A stretch of 64,000 nt of DNA from a virus: the IMG/VR virus record IMGVR_UViG_2531839420_000002, positions 3,685 to 67,684 of that record. One strand, 5' to 3'. A model generated the notes under the pieces. It did not search any database, had not been told where the DNA came from, and worked only from the letters and a program-made list of their open reading frames with translations. Positions 63,042-64,000 of the stretch are shown piece after piece (positions within the stretch are counted from its first letter, which is position 1; the number at the start of each line of letters is the position of its first letter). Position numbers and translations under genes: made by a program.

Positions 63042-64000
63042 GTGATCGGAAACGACATCATCGCGATCCTTGAACAGATCGCCGCCACCGCCTCCCGTAA
63101 CGACAAGGAGGCGATCCTCGCGAAGCACGCTCGCGACCCGCTGTTACGTCGGGTGCTGACCTATGCCTACGATCCATTCCGCACCTACGGTCTCAAGAAG
63201 CTGCCGAAGGTCGCCAAACGCGGTGAAGGTCAGAAGTTCATCGGCGATGAGGGGCCGATTTGGGCGGTTTTTGACGCCCTGGCGGGCGGCGTTCGGGGTG
63301 CGAAGGCTGAGAAGCTGGTTTCGGACTGGCTGACTCTGCTCGACGGCGACAATGCCACTCTGTTTGAGCGCATTCTGCTGAAGGATTTACGTTGTGGCAT
63401 TAGCGAAAAAACCATCAACGGCGTGATCCCCGGTTTAGTGCCCAACTTCGCTTGCATGTTGGCTCACAAGTTCCAGGCGAAACGGATCAAGAGATGGCCG
63501 GTGCGGGCCGACATCAAGGAGGACGGCTTCCGCGTTCTGGGCTTTGTTCAGATTGGTCGCACCGGCGCTGATGGCACGATCTACGATGAGAAAGTCGGCT
63601 TCTTTTCGCGGTCGGGCAAGCCCTATACCACGATGGATCACTTGAAGGCTCCACTCTTGGAAGCGGTCAAGAAGCTCTGCGCAGACTGGCAGAGTGGTCA
63701 TTTTGCGTCCGACATTGACACGCGCTATGTTCGACACACGAACGCTACTCTGGATGGTCTTCGTGTGGTGGTCGAGAGTGAGGTGGTCTCGAACGACAGC
63801 TTTGCCGAGACCAGTTCTGCGCTGCGGAAAAAAGATGGTGTCGCCGAGGGCGCGTCGATGTTGGTCTTCGACGTGGTGCCGATGAGTCTCTTCGATGGCG
63901 ACGATCAGAGTAATCCAGACCTGGGTGATTACAAGGTTCGGCATCGTCTTGTCGCCGAGCTGATCAAGCGCGTCCCCGTCGGCGCCAAGATCCAGCATAT
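63042..64000 (+). CDS. lig: ATP-dependent DNA ligase (T4-type), partial; runs off window end
   Basis: Translated by hand from GTG 63042: I..LEQIAAT.SRNDKEAIL..YAYDPF..YG..FACMLA..IKEDGFR (KxDG motif I). Confidence 0.88.
   Translation, partial: MIGNDIIAILEQIAATASRNDKEAILAKHARDPLLRRVLTYAYDPFRTYGLKKLPKVAKRGEGQKFIGDEGPIWAVFDALAGGVRGAKAEKLVSDWLTLLDGDNATLFERILLKDLRCGISEKTINGVIPGLVPNFACMLAHKFQAKRIKRWPVRADIKEDGFRVLGFVQIGRTGADGTIYDEKVGFFSRSGKPYTTMDHLKAPLLEAVKKLCADWQSGHFASDIDTRYVRHTNATLDGLRVVVESEVVSNDSFAETSSALRKKDGVAEGASMLVFDVVPMSLFDGDDQSNPDLGDYKVRHRLVAELIKRVPVGAKIQH

Overview
The window is a 64 kb slice of a large, GC-rich temperate siphovirus-type phage. It is most likely a phage-plasmid: it has a short ParA with a small partner and a type II toxin-antitoxin pair, and no integrase appears in the window. 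From memory, the gene order resembles SSU5/pHCM2-type phage-plasmids (SF2 helicase, two ParB-N proteins, soluble ABC ATPase, GNAT, wHTH, TerS/TerL, portal, scaffold, capsid, lambda-like tail, GH108 lysin, DnaB, primase, ligase); this was not verified. An alphaproteobacterial host is plausible but is only inferred. Layout: 1-18990 is an accessory/early region of small ORFs, morons, a LuxR-like hybrid, a TA pair and repeat-rich non-coding DNA. 19129-23924 is a leftward partition/kinase/helicase block. 23966-28882 is the ParB-ABC-GNAT block. 29224-52170 holds head and tail genes, including a glutaredoxin and an Acb2-like anti-CBASS gene. 52172-54207 encodes a partner protein and a radical SAM/SPASM enzyme directly behind a tail fibre that ends in CNCLCNCGG. 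54299-55815 is lysis. 55898-64000 holds PhoH, an Hfq/Sm-like protein, DnaB, a HAD phosphatase, primase and a partial DNA ligase. The best candidate for an undescribed system is the fibre-partner-rSAM cassette, a possible RiPP-like post-translational crosslinking of a virion receptor-binding tip. Other notable signals are two dispersed DNA motifs that partition the genome (AAGTCA-N4-TGACTT about 20 times; TTCGCTAA/ATTCGCGAAT about 15 times), a 46-bp-period repeat family, a tetramer-depleted island and a rewired quorum-sensing receptor. All calls are by eye; no searches were run.
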